Shown one piece after another: positions 15,396 to 23,157 of a stretch of 24,000 nt of DNA (position 1 is its first letter; each line of letters opens with the position of its first letter). Below the pieces are notes generated by a model. That model made no database searches. It was not told where the DNA came from and saw nothing but the letters and a program-made list of their open reading frames with translations. Source of the DNA: Bacillota bacterium (GTDB taxonomy: Bacteria > Bacillota > GCA-003054495 > Carboxydocellales > JAJZSN01). The stretch lies in assembly GCA_021849745.1 (NCBI GenBank), contig JAJZSN010000001.1, positions 14,727-38,726 on the forward strand, written 5' to 3'. The position numbers and the translations under genes were made by a program.

Positions 15396-16508
15396 TTAAT
15401 ATTTTAACTTAATTACCCCTGCCTTGACAACAGCCTGGAAGGCTATAACCACAATTGGTCCCATAATCATACCAAGAACCCCTAAGGATTTGAGGCCGAT
15501 ATACATGGCCATTAAGGTAGCCAAAGGATGTAACCCTAAGGTGTCGGCCACTACCTTGCTTTCCAGAAGCTGACGAACCCCCATGATAACCAACCATAAC
15601 ACCGTTAATTTAAGGGCAAAAGCGCCCTCACCGAAAAGCACCGCCCAAATAATCCAGGGTACGAAAACGCTACTTGGACCCAAAACGGGAATTAAATCAA
15701 AAATACCGATAACCAAACCCATCACCAGAGCATATTTGGCCCCGATAAGGTATAGCCCCAAAATACTGATACCGGTGCTGATACTAATTAGAATCAACTG
15801 AGCCTTAAGGTAACCGGCGAAGGCCCGAAAGACCTGGGTGAGCACATCAAGCAACTGGTGATTATAAGGGGCAGGAACCCATCTTAACCATATTTTGACC
15901 AGCCCCGGCCGATCTTTGCTGATAAAAAAGGTAGCCAATAAACTCACTAATAATATAGTAATAAAAGTTGTTATCCCACCGGGAATCAAGGAAGCAAAAT
16001 TTATCAAACTGTTGACGGTACTACTGGCCAACTCTCCGATGGCCCGGTACAAGGTATCCAGGTTTCCCCTAATGGCTTCAGTAAGCTCTTCGGGTACGTA
16101 TCTGGCCTCCAAGTCGGTACCTTGCTGCCAGTACCTTTTACCCTGTTCCACCAATTGATTGGCTAAGACCCCTAGGTCCTGCTGATAGGCTGGAATAGCA
16201 TTGATTAAATGACTCAATTCATAGATCAACCTTACCACCAGAAAACCCAACACCGCCCCAACACCGCTGAAAACCGCCAACATAGCGGCCACCACCGATA
16301 AGGTACGACTGAAGCCAAGGCGCAGATGAAGAAACCGGATGATAGGTTCCAGGAATAAACTTAAGATAATCGCCAAAATAAAGGGTGTAAAAAAAGAAAG
16401 AACTGTTCCTATTAAGGGCAGGAAAAAGGGTAGTACATACTTAGCCAGAAAATACAAAACGGTTATTACTGCAATTCCCGTTACAACTTTCAGGTAGATT
16501 GGACGCAT
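15396..16508 (-). CDS. AI-2E family (UPF0118/PerM) integral membrane protein, YtvI-like
   Basis: Polytopic membrane protein with a central soluble insert (QQDLGVLANQLVEQGKRYWQ...) and a C-terminal 'LGLHPLATLMAMYIGLKSLGVLGMIMGP' typical of the family. The preferred start is ATG 16508 (GAGGTGA 5 nt upstream) rather than TTG 16532. Confidence 0.65.
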   Translation of the reverse strand: MRPIYLKVVTGIAVITVLYFLAKYVLPFFLPLIGTVLSFFTPFILAIILSLFLEPIIRFLHLRLGFSRTLSVVAAMLAVFSGVGAVLGFLVVRLIYELSHLINAIPAYQQDLGVLANQLVEQGKRYWQQGTDLEARYVPEELTEAIRGNLDTLYRAIGELASSTVNSLINFASLIPGGITTFITILLVSLLATFFISKDRPGLVKIWLRWVPAPYNHQLLDVLTQVFRAFAGYLKAQLILISISTGISILGLYLIGAKYALVMGLVIGIFDLIPVLGPSSVFVPWIIWAVLFGEGAFALKLTVLWLVIMGVRQLLESKVVADTLGLHPLATLMAMYIGLKSLGVLGMIMGPIVVIAFQAVVKAGVIKLKY

Positions 16509-16535
16509 CCGGGTCACCTCATTCAAAGGCAATAT

Positions 16536-17321
16536 TTATAGTATAAACACCTTAATATAGTAGTATGCCAGAGGAGCTGTTAAAAGAATACTGTCAAACC
16601 TGTCCAGAACACCACCATGACCAGGAATGATGTTCCCGGAATCCTTAACCCCGGCCTGTCTTTTAAGGGCTGATTCGGCCAGGTCTCCCAATTGACCGAA
16701 AATAGCGATACCGATTCCGAGGATTATATAGTGAACCAATTCAGCTTGGGGTGAAACCAGGTAAAATGCTACTGTACCAATGATACTGCCTAAGATGCCC
16801 CCCACCCCTCCTTCCACCGTTTTCTTAGGGCTGACAAGGGGGGCCAGTTTATGTTTACCCAGGGATCGGCCGGTAACATAAGCTAGGGTATCACTGGACC
16901 AATTGGCCACAAATACTAAAAGTAAAAAATGAAACCCCTCCTGAGGTAATTGTCGAATTAAATATAGGTGGGCCAGCATCCAACCCACATAAAATACCCC
17001 GAATAAAGTTCCGGCTGCTCCGGCCGGAGTAAATTCCGGGTATCTGACTACCATCCGTAATAAGATTAAAACAACTAATAAGGCCACTATTTGGCCCACA
17101 TCCCATTGAAAATAAAGAGCCAATAAAAGTAAAACCGAACCAAGGATACTTATCCCCTTTGAAATATGGATTTCAAGGACACGAAAAATATTGCCTAACT
17201 CCAGTTGTCCCACAATAGCTAAAACTGCCATCATAAACAAGAGTGGCCATTGACCATACCATAAAAAAGCTAATACAAGGGGAATCCCCACTATAGCACT
17301 TAAGATGCGATAACGCAGCAT
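16536..17321 (-). CDS. cdsA: Phosphatidate cytidylyltransferase
   Basis: The C-terminal signature 'SALKRQAGVKDSGNIIPGHGGVLDRFDS' is present. The protein is a multi-span membrane protein, in the conserved uppS-cdsA order. Confidence 0.9.
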   Translation of the reverse strand: MLRYRILSAIVGIPLVLAFLWYGQWPLLFMMAVLAIVGQLELGNIFRVLEIHISKGISILGSVLLLLALYFQWDVGQIVALLVVLILLRMVVRYPEFTPAGAAGTLFGVFYVGWMLAHLYLIRQLPQEGFHFLLLVFVANWSSDTLAYVTGRSLGKHKLAPLVSPKKTVEGGVGGILGSIIGTVAFYLVSPQAELVHYIILGIGIAIFGQLGDLAESALKRQAGVKDSGNIIPGHGGVLDRFDSILLTAPLAYYYIKVFIL

Positions 17322-17349
17322 TTAATCACCGTCACTAGTAAATTTTCAA

Positions 17350-18141
17350 TCATATCCCGCCAAAACGACGATTGCGCCGTTGCCAATCAATAACAGCCTT
17401 TAACAGGTGCTGTCGCCTGAAATCCGGCCACATCATGGTAGTTAACCAGAATTCGGTATATGCCAATTGCCATAACAAAAAATTGCTGACCCTTAGTTCT
17501 CCTGCCGGTCTGATTAACAGGTCGGGATCTGGGATACTTGATGTGTAAAGGTGTTCACTGATAAGGTTTTCATTGATATCATTAATCTTTATTTGGCCTT
17601 CCAATAATTTTACACTAATCGCTCTGAAGGCTTCCGTGATCTCAGTACGCCCTCCATAATTAAGGCATATGTTCAGAGTAAGTCCGTTATTGCCGGCGGT
17701 TATTCTCCGGGCCATATTTAAAGCCTCCTGGGCTTTGACAGGTAAGTCCTCAAGTCGCCCCAAGGCGTTTACAAAAACATTTTTACGATGCAGTTCATCA
17801 ATTTCCTTGTGCAAATATTCCACCAAAAGATCCATTAGAATATTGACTTCTTCCTGGGGGCGTTTCCAGTTTTCGGTGGAAAAAGCATAAACGGTAAGAT
17901 AATTCACTCCCAACCGGGAATAAGTATTAACAGCTTCCCGTAAGGATTCCACCCCGGCTCGGTGGCCGACACCCCTGGGAAGGCCCCGTTTGGTAGCCCA
18001 CCGCCCGTTACCGTCCATAATAATGGCAATATGCACAGGAATCTTATTCATGTCTACCTGTTTCATTAATTCTTGTTCCTGGAGAGTGGGTTCTTTATCG
18101 CCCGCCGCTCCTCTCAAGAACTGCACCAAATTCTTCAGCAT
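17350..18141 (-). CDS. uppS: Isoprenyl (undecaprenyl) diphosphate synthase
   Basis: 'HIAIIMDGNGRWA', 'YAFSTENWKRP' and 'LIRPAGELRVSNFLLWQLAYTEF' are cis-prenyltransferase signatures. Confidence 0.95.
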   Translation of the reverse strand: MLKNLVQFLRGAAGDKEPTLQEQELMKQVDMNKIPVHIAIIMDGNGRWATKRGLPRGVGHRAGVESLREAVNTYSRLGVNYLTVYAFSTENWKRPQEEVNILMDLLVEYLHKEIDELHRKNVFVNALGRLEDLPVKAQEALNMARRITAGNNGLTLNICLNYGGRTEITEAFRAISVKLLEGQIKINDINENLISEHLYTSSIPDPDLLIRPAGELRVSNFLLWQLAYTEFWLTTMMWPDFRRQHLLKAVIDWQRRNRRFGGI

Positions 18142-18170
18142 GGCCTCAAAGCCTCCTTGCGAAAGTTAAC

Positions 18171-18196
18171 AAACCCCCTCTGGCACGAGGGGGTTT
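18171..18196 (-). terminator. GC-rich stem-loop between the ferredoxin gene and uppS (weak terminator, attenuator or RNA stabiliser)
   Basis: AAACCCCCTC (18171-18180) pairs with GAGGGGGTTT (18187-18196) around the loop TGGCAC. On the - strand it is followed only by a short TTTGTT tract. Confidence 0.35.
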
Positions 18197-18201
18197 ATTA
18201 A

Positions 18202-18363
18202 TTACCCTTGAGAAATTGCACCTACAGGACAAGCCTCTGCACATGAACCGCAATCGCTACATGCATCGCTGATTACATAAACGTCACCCTCTTTGATAGC
18301 TTCAACAGGGCAAGCATCAAGACAAGTGCCACATGCTACACATTCTTCGCTTATTTTGTACAT
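18202..18363 (-). CDS. fdx: Clostridial-type 2x[4Fe-4S] ferredoxin (53 aa), not in the supplied ORF track
   Basis: The reverse-strand translation is MYKISEECVACGTCLDACPVEAIKEGDVYVISDACSDCGSCAEACPVGAISQG*. It has two CxxCxxCxxxCP motifs. SD AAAGGAGGTG lies 7 nt upstream of the ATG (18361-18363), and the stop TAA is at 18202-18204. Confidence 0.85.
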   Translation of the reverse strand: MYKISEECVACGTCLDACPVEAIKEGDVYVISDACSDCGSCAEACPVGAISQG

Positions 18364-18401
18364 TTAGTTACACCTCCTTTCAAAGGAAGGTTATATTGGC
18401 A

Positions 18402-18959
18402 TTAAACTTCCATAATCTCTTTTTCTTTATTCTCAGCCACATGATCAATTTCCTTGATCATTTTGTCGGTAAGCTTTTGAACCTCTTCTTGTCCGCGGCG
18501 ATTATCATCTTCTGAAATATCGCCACTTTTCTCGAAGTCTTTTAACTGATCATTGGCATCCCGGCGGATGTTACGCACTACCACTCTGGATTCTTCCGCC
18601 TTTTTCCTAACAACTTTTACTAATTCATTCCTGCGTTCCTGGGTAAGCTGCGGAATAGCAATCCTAATTACAGTACCATCACTGGAAGGGGTTAAGCCCA
18701 AATCAGACTTCATAATGGCTCTCTCCACATCGGCAATTACGCTCTTATCCCAGGGCTGTATTACCAGCAAGCGAGGTTCCGGTGCGGAAATATTGGCAAC
18801 TTGGTTTACGGGGGTTGGTACACCGTAGTATTCCACTTGAACCTTGTCCAGCAGGGCCGGGGTTGCCCGTCCTGCCCGAAGGGTACCGTACTCCTTACTT
18901 AAAGCAGCCAAGGCCTTCTGCATACGATCATCAGCTTCTTGCAGAACTTCCTTGATCAC
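18402..18959 (-). CDS. frr: Ribosome recycling factor
   Basis: 185 aa. '[20 protein letters not shown]' and '[10 protein letters not shown]' are present. The GTG start overlaps the pyrH stop by 1 nt (TAGTG). Confidence 0.95.
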   Translation of the reverse strand: MIKEVLQEADDRMQKALAALSKEYGTLRAGRATPALLDKVQVEYYGVPTPVNQVANISAPEPRLLVIQPWDKSVIADVERAIMKSDLGLTPSSDGTVIRIAIPQLTQERRNELVKVVRKKAEESRVVVRNIRRDANDQLKDFEKSGDISEDDNRRGQEEVQKLTDKMIKEIDHVAENKEKEIMEV

Positions 18960-19681
18960 TATTGAACACCTCCAACATATGTTCCGATTCTTTCTCCCAT
19001 AACCACTTTTTTAATATTACCTTCTTCATTTAGATTAAACACTATTAACGGGATTTTATTATCCATACATAAGGATGCAGCCGTGGAATCCATGACCTTT
19101 AACCCCTGGTTTAAAACCTGGATGTAGTTTAGTTCCGTAAACTTCTTAGCACCAGGGTTTTTTAGGGGATCCGAGTCATAAACACCGTCCACTTGCTTTG
19201 CCATCAGAATAACCTCAGCTTCAATTTCAGCAGCCCGTAAGGCAGCGGTAGTATCAGTGGAGAAATAAGGATTACCCGTTCCGGCTGCAAAAATAACTAC
19301 TCTACCTTTTTCCAGGTGTCTAATGGCCCGCCTTCTTATGTAAGGTTCAGCTACCTGCCTCATCTCGATGGCGCTTTGCACTCGGGTATCCACCCCATGC
19401 TTTTCCAAACCGTCTTGGAGGGCCAAGGAGTTCATCACTGTAGCCAACATACCCATGTAGTCGGCGGTAGCCCGGTCCATCCCCTTAGCACTTCCTGCTA
19501 CGCCGCGCCAAATATTGCCTCCGCCTACGACAATGGCTACTTCGACGCCTTTACGGACAATTTCCCTGACTTGGCTGGAGATGATATTAACTATCTCCTG
19601 ATTAATACCATAACTTAGGGAACCCGCTAAAGCTTCTCCACTTAACTTAAGAATGATTCTTTTATACTTGGGCTGATCCAT
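18959..19681 (-). CDS. pyrH: UMP kinase
   Basis: '[13 protein letters not shown]', '[10 protein letters not shown]' and '[16 protein letters not shown]' are present. The preferred start is ATG 19679-19681 (MDQPKYKR...); the 14-codon extension in the track is probably spurious. Confidence 0.9.
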   Translation of the reverse strand: MDQPKYKRIILKLSGEALAGSLSYGINQEIVNIISSQVREIVRKGVEVAIVVGGGNIWRGVAGSAKGMDRATADYMGMLATVMNSLALQDGLEKHGVDTRVQSAIEMRQVAEPYIRRRAIRHLEKGRVVIFAAGTGNPYFSTDTTAALRAAEIEAEVILMAKQVDGVYDSDPLKNPGAKKFTELNYIQVLNQGLKVMDSTAASLCMDNKIPLIVFNLNEEGNIKKVVMGERIGTYVGGVQ

Positions 19682-19760
19682 GAAATTAGAGTAACCCCCC
19701 GTCTTCATAATTGTTCTACACATTAATAGGAAATCCTTTTGAAAATAGCGGTTTTTTTAA

Positions 19761-19790
19761 AAAAAGAGAACACCTAAGTGTTCTCTTTTT
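19761..19790 (-). terminator. Rho-independent terminator after tsf
   Basis: AAAAAGAGAACAC (19761-19773) pairs with GTGTTCTCTTTTT (19778-19790) around the loop CTAA. Both sides are A/T-flanked, so T-tracts are available on either strand. It touches the tsf stop codon. Confidence 0.75.
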
Positions 19791-20437
19791 TATTTTTTCG
19801 CTTCCGCCATAACCTCGCTGGCAAAGTCATCCTGACGCTTCTGGAGACCTTCACCCATTTCATAACGGACAAATCGCCGAATAGAAATATTCTCACCAAT
19901 TTTAGCAATTTTCTCGTTTAAATATTCTTGAATGGTTTGATCAGGGTTTTTAACATATGGCTGCTCTAATAAACAGTTTTCTTTATAGAATTTTTCAATC
20001 CGTCCCTCTACCATCTTTTCGGCGATATTGGCGGGTTTCCCTTCGTTGATGGCCTGGGCCTTGAGAATCTCTCTCTCTTTAGCAATAATTTCTTCAGACA
20101 CATCCTCGCGTTTAACGTATTCAGGACGGGCGGCAGCGATATGCATGGCTATATCTTTGGTAAAAGCCAGGAATTCTTCAGTCTTGGCCACAAAATCGGT
20201 TTCGCAGTTAACTTCCAAAAGTACGCCAACCCGCCCGGTTCCATGAATATAGGCAGTAACGATACCTTCAGCAGCAATCCGCCCTGCTTTCTTGGCAGCA
20301 GCAGCCAAACCTTTTTCCCTCAAGTATTCAACAGCTTTCTCCAAATCACCATTGGTTTCATTTAGGGCTTTCTTACAGTCCATCATCCCGGCCCCGGTTC
20401 TTTCCCGCAATTCTTTTACCATTGCAGCTGATACCAC
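19790..20437 (-). CDS. tsf: Translation elongation factor Ts
   Basis: The N-terminal '[20 protein letters not shown]' is present. It is a short (215-aa) form located directly after rpsB. Confidence 0.95.
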   Translation of the reverse strand: MVSAAMVKELRERTGAGMMDCKKALNETNGDLEKAVEYLREKGLAAAAKKAGRIAAEGIVTAYIHGTGRVGVLLEVNCETDFVAKTEEFLAFTKDIAMHIAAARPEYVKREDVSEEIIAKEREILKAQAINEGKPANIAEKMVEGRIEKFYKENCLLEQPYVKNPDQTIQEYLNEKIAKIGENISIRRFVRYEMGEGLQKRQDDFASEVMAEAKK

Positions 20438-20486
20438 GATTCTTTCCCTCCTAAGTATATGTATTCTTATGGAATCTTAATAGTAT

Positions 20487-20526
20487 GGGGTGCCGTAAGG
20501 GTACCTGATACCCCTACGGTCACCCC
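20487..20526 (-). other. Strong imperfect stem-loop in the rpsB-tsf spacer
   Basis: GGGGTGCCGTAAGGGTA (20487-20503) pairs with TACCCCTACGGTCACCCC (20509-20526), with one bulge and one mismatch. No T-tract follows on the - strand. Confidence 0.5.
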
Positions 20527-20532
20527 AAGTAA

Positions 20533-21231
20533 TTACTCAGTCGTCTGTTGACCTTGATTGCCTTCAATCACGGCATCAGCCATTTTGTTGGTCAGCAATT
20601 TAACGGCTCTGATAGCGTCGTCATTGCCGGGAATTACATAATCAATTTCATCAGGGTCACAGTTGGTATCAACAATAGCCACCACAGGAATCCCCAAACG
20701 TCTAGCTTCAGCAACAGCAATCCGCTCTTTACGGGGATCAATGACAAAAACGGCTCCAGGAAGCTTTTTCATATCTTTAATACCGCCCAGGAATTTCTGC
20801 AGTTTCTCTTTTTCACCCAAAAGCTGTGCTACTTCCTTTTTGGGTAGAACATCCATGGTACCTTGAGCTTCCATTTTCTCCAACTCATGGAGACGGTCAA
20901 TACGTCTGCGGATGGTATTGAAGTTGGTTAACATCCCACCCAACCAACGCTGGTTTACAAAAAACTGACCACAACGGATTGCCTCTTCTTTAACGGCATC
21001 CTGGGCCTGCTTTTTGGTACCTACAAAAAGGATAGTTTGACCGGATTCAGATAAATCCCGTACAAAGTTGTACGCTTCCTCTACCTTTTTAACGGTTTTC
21101 TGTAGGTCAATAATGTAGATACCATTACGGTCGGTAAAAATGTACCGAGCCATCTTGGGATTCCATCTTCTGGTTTGGTGACCGAAGTGAACCCCTGCTT
21201 CTAACAGTTGTTTCATGGAAATGACTGCCAT
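20533..21231 (-). CDS. rpsB: 30S ribosomal protein S2
   Basis: '[22 protein letters not shown]' is present. The preferred start is ATG 21229-21231 (MAVISMKQ..., AAAGGAGG upstream) rather than the track start at 21267. Confidence 0.95.
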   Translation of the reverse strand: MAVISMKQLLEAGVHFGHQTRRWNPKMARYIFTDRNGIYIIDLQKTVKKVEEAYNFVRDLSESGQTILFVGTKKQAQDAVKEEAIRCGQFFVNQRWLGGMLTNFNTIRRRIDRLHELEKMEAQGTMDVLPKKEVAQLLGEKEKLQKFLGGIKDMKKLPGAVFVIDPRKERIAVAEARRLGIPVVAIVDTNCDPDEIDYVIPGNDDAIRAVKLLTNKMADAVIEGNQGQQTTE

Positions 21232-21345
21232 TCGAACTATACCTCCTTTAGTTTTGTGCCTCCGCACGTGTCATTTTTCGGTAAGACCTGTTGCCAGGCA
21301 CTCTCACAGAAATCCACGGCGTGTGTATTTTTCACACCAAGTGAC

Positions 21346-21374
21346 ATTATAGCATAAGAGGAAAGGATATGCAA
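21346..21374 (-). promoter_or_regulatory. SigA-type promoter of rpsB (TTGCAT-17-TGcTATAAT)
   Basis: On the - strand, TTGCAT lies at 21374-21369 and TATAAT at 21351-21346, separated by a 17-nt spacer. TGC precedes the -10 box (extended -10). It sits ~110 nt upstream of the rpsB ATG. Confidence 0.6.
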
Positions 21375-21380
21375 GGGGGA

Positions 21381-21553
21381 ATTAGCTGGTAGCTGGTAGT
21401 TCTTAGTTCGTAGTTCATAGTTCATAGTTGTTAATTTATGTCCGTCTTGAGGGTCTGTATTAGCTAAGTCATTTAGCTAAAAAGTTAGCATACCTAAAAA
21501 ACTATGAACTACGAACTATGAACTATGAACTAAAACATGAACTATGAACTATG
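21381..21553. repeat. Tandem-heptamer inverted array I: (NNTAGYT)x8, a 63-nt spacer, then (AACTAYG-type)x5+2
   Basis: Left block 21381-21436: attagct ggtagct ggtagtt cttagtt cgtagtt catagtt catagtt gttaatt. Right block 21500-21534: aactatg aactacg aactatg aactatg aactaaa. A 5-nt phase break (acatg) follows, then aactatg aactatg at 21540-21553. The two blocks are reverse complements. The spacer holds two copies of the palindrome TTAGCTAA (21460-21467 and 21473-21480). Confidence 0.9.
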
Positions 21554-22079
21554 AACCATTGCCCCTTCGGGTCAATACCCTGATCAACTCCTCTAAGGGC
21601 ATTTCTTTTTGTAATTGGTATGTTCCTATGCGGAACTTGGAGGCGGCTTTTTTCTTGTCCACAAGGGCCAAGAATTCTTCTTTGTTGGTGATAACCCCGG
21701 CTTTTAGTAAAATTTCGGCTATCTCGATGGATGCTGAGCCGGAGGGGATGGTGATGGTAACCGGTGCAGCTTGGGGTGGAGTTACAGGTTTGGTTTCTCC
21801 GGTTGCCAGTGTCTTTGGCGGTTGAGGTGATTGAAGGTTAGGTTGAGGATCTTGATTTTCTTTTTTTTCTTTGACCAGAGCTTGATAAACGGCTTTCTCA
21901 ACCTGTTGGGCAGCTTCTTCCTTGGTTATCATACCCAATTGTGCGGCTTGGGTTAGGATTTCTTGTTGGGTTAATCCGGGGCGGCCCGGAGGCCAACCGA
22001 TAATAAGCAAGCTGGCAATAATTAATCCTACGCCCAATCCCCTTAAAAAGCTAGTATTGAGAATAAATCGCCATTCCAC
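21549..22079 (-). CDS. Membrane-anchored protein with Pro-rich linker and YceG/MltG-N-terminal-like (LysM-like) domain; no catalytic domain
   Basis: N-terminal TM segment (GLGVGLIIASLLIIGW), a PQP-rich linker, and the C-terminal 'VTITIPSGSASIEIAEILLKAGVITNKEEFLALV...FRIGTYQLQKEMPLEELIRVL', which resembles the N-terminal domain of MltG/YceG. GTG start 6 nt after AGAGGTGA. The stop TAG lies inside the heptamer array. Confidence 0.6.
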   Translation of the reverse strand: MEWRFILNTSFLRGLGVGLIIASLLIIGWPPGRPGLTQQEILTQAAQLGMITKEEAAQQVEKAVYQALVKEKKENQDPQPNLQSPQPPKTLATGETKPVTPPQAAPVTITIPSGSASIEIAEILLKAGVITNKEEFLALVDKKKAASKFRIGTYQLQKEMPLEELIRVLTRRGNGS

Positions 22080-22081
22080 TT

Positions 22082-22687
22082 TTAATCACCTCTACTCCGT
22101 AAGCCCAAGATTAATTCTACCTCGCCCTGGCCCATTTGCAGGAGACGGGCAATCTCATTGACGGAACGGCCCTCTCGGGCCAAGCTGTGAATTGTTGCCT
22201 GACGCCCTGTGGACTCTTTTTCTTCAAGGCTAAACCCCTCATCCGTGGCAGTTGACTGGACTTTTCTTGGCCGGTTAATGTTCTTCGAACCGTTGGGTTT
22301 CTTGGCCCTGGAGCTTTGTTTGATAATAGAAAGTTCTTCTTTAACCTTTTCTGGTTTAATGTTGGACAGCCCTTGATAAGACTCTTGTTTAGAAACACTG
22401 CTTCCTGAACTAACATTACTTGTTAAATTGAGGGCTTGTAGTTCTTTAATCTTTGCCTCCATAGACTGAACCACCGTTTCCGATGCCCGTTCCAACTCCA
22501 CCAATAAAGAAGCTACATCTTCTCTGGCGGTTATAACAGATCGCTTCAACTCAGTGATGCGCTGTTCTTCTATGGCCCACCCCCGCTCAACCATGGGGTT
22601 GGTTACTTTTTCTTTAAACCTCGGATGTTCCATAAGAAAACCCAGGGCAACCAAAATCACCCCGGCGAAGAAGAGAAAGTACTCCAT
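22082..22687 (-). CDS. Membrane-anchored coiled-coil protein with C-terminal helix-turn-helix
   Basis: N-terminal TM segment (YFLFFAGVILVALGFLM), a helical region (ELKRSVITAREDVASLLVELERASETVVQSMEAKIKELQAL), and a C-terminal 'SLAREGRSVNEIARLLQMGQGEVELILGL' HTH-like motif. The preferred start is ATG 22685-22687 (AAGGGA 8 nt upstream); the track start is 22696. Confidence 0.55.
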   Translation of the reverse strand: MEYFLFFAGVILVALGFLMEHPRFKEKVTNPMVERGWAIEEQRITELKRSVITAREDVASLLVELERASETVVQSMEAKIKELQALNLTSNVSSGSSVSKQESYQGLSNIKPEKVKEELSIIKQSSRAKKPNGSKNINRPRKVQSTATDEGFSLEEKESTGRQATIHSLAREGRSVNEIARLLQMGQGEVELILGLRSRGD

Positions 22688-22702
22688 GCAGGTCATCCCT
22701 TT

Positions 22703-22816
22703 CGTAGCTTGTAGCTTGTAGCTAGTAGCTTATAGCTTAATAGTATTTCTATAAGGTTAATTTCTCTTAAGAATTTCTTTCAAGCTACAAGCTATCAGCT
22801 ATCAGCTACAAGCTTC
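22703..22816. repeat. Tandem-heptamer inverted array II: (NGTAGCT)x5, a 37-nt spacer, then (AAGCTAY/CAGCTAY)x5
   Basis: Left block 22703-22744: cgtagct tgtagct tgtagct agtagct tatagct taatagt. Right block 22782-22816: aagctac aagctat cagctat cagctac aagcttc. By my alignment, 28 of 35 positions are complementary between 22704-22738 and 22782-22816. The spacer contains the palindrome TCTTAAGA. Confidence 0.9.
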
Positions 22817-23138
22817 ACACCTTAATATCCAAAATCTTCCCCAGCTTGGGGTCTTTTAATTCCTTAGCCTGTTCATTTTCCTGGTCTTTGGATTGCCGTT
22901 GTTCGGGAGTTCGGTCACCTTGGTCGTTGGGTTGTTTGGATTGGTCTTTGGTAATCCGGGTACCTACAGATTTGGGACTGTTCTGAACCTGTTGCTGTAT
23001 TTGCTGGGATTCTTTTTGCAGTTGGGTGGCGAACTGTTGCTGTTGATTATGCTCTCCCTGGTTTTTGGCCTGTTGTATTTTACTGACTTCCTGAACCTTA
23101 GGCATTAAGACCTGCAAGTCTACAGGGCGAATGGTCAC
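22815..23138 (-). CDS. Hypothetical Gln/Lys/Asp-rich low-complexity protein
   Basis: 107 aa. GTG start preceded by GGTGGTGAAGGA. There is a short ordered N-terminus (MTIRPVDLQVLMPKVQEVSKIQQ) followed by Q-rich repeats. It is positionally coupled to the upstream FapA-like gene (19-nt gap). Confidence 0.5.
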   Translation of the reverse strand: MTIRPVDLQVLMPKVQEVSKIQQAKNQGEHNQQQQFATQLQKESQQIQQQVQNSPKSVGTRITKDQSKQPNDQGDRTPEQRQSKDQENEQAKELKDPKLGKILDIKV

Positions 23139-23157
23139 AATCCTTCACCACCTTTAT

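Noticed and set aside
19682-21267. N-terminal extensions in the ORF track for pyrH (to 19723) and rpsB (to 21267), and likewise for wzt (2529) and the ytvI-like gene (16532)
   Set aside because: Internal starts restore the conserved family N-termini, and the rpsB, wzt and ytvI-like internal starts follow proper SD sequences (the pyrH SD is weak, ~13 nt upstream). The extensions have no SD and would overlap promoter or leader sequence.
21381-22816. The heptamer arrays read as a CRISPR array or as coding repeats
   Set aside because: The units are only 7 nt long and directly abutting, with no spacers, so this is not CRISPR. A TAG in every unit closes all three frames, so they cannot encode a repeat protein.
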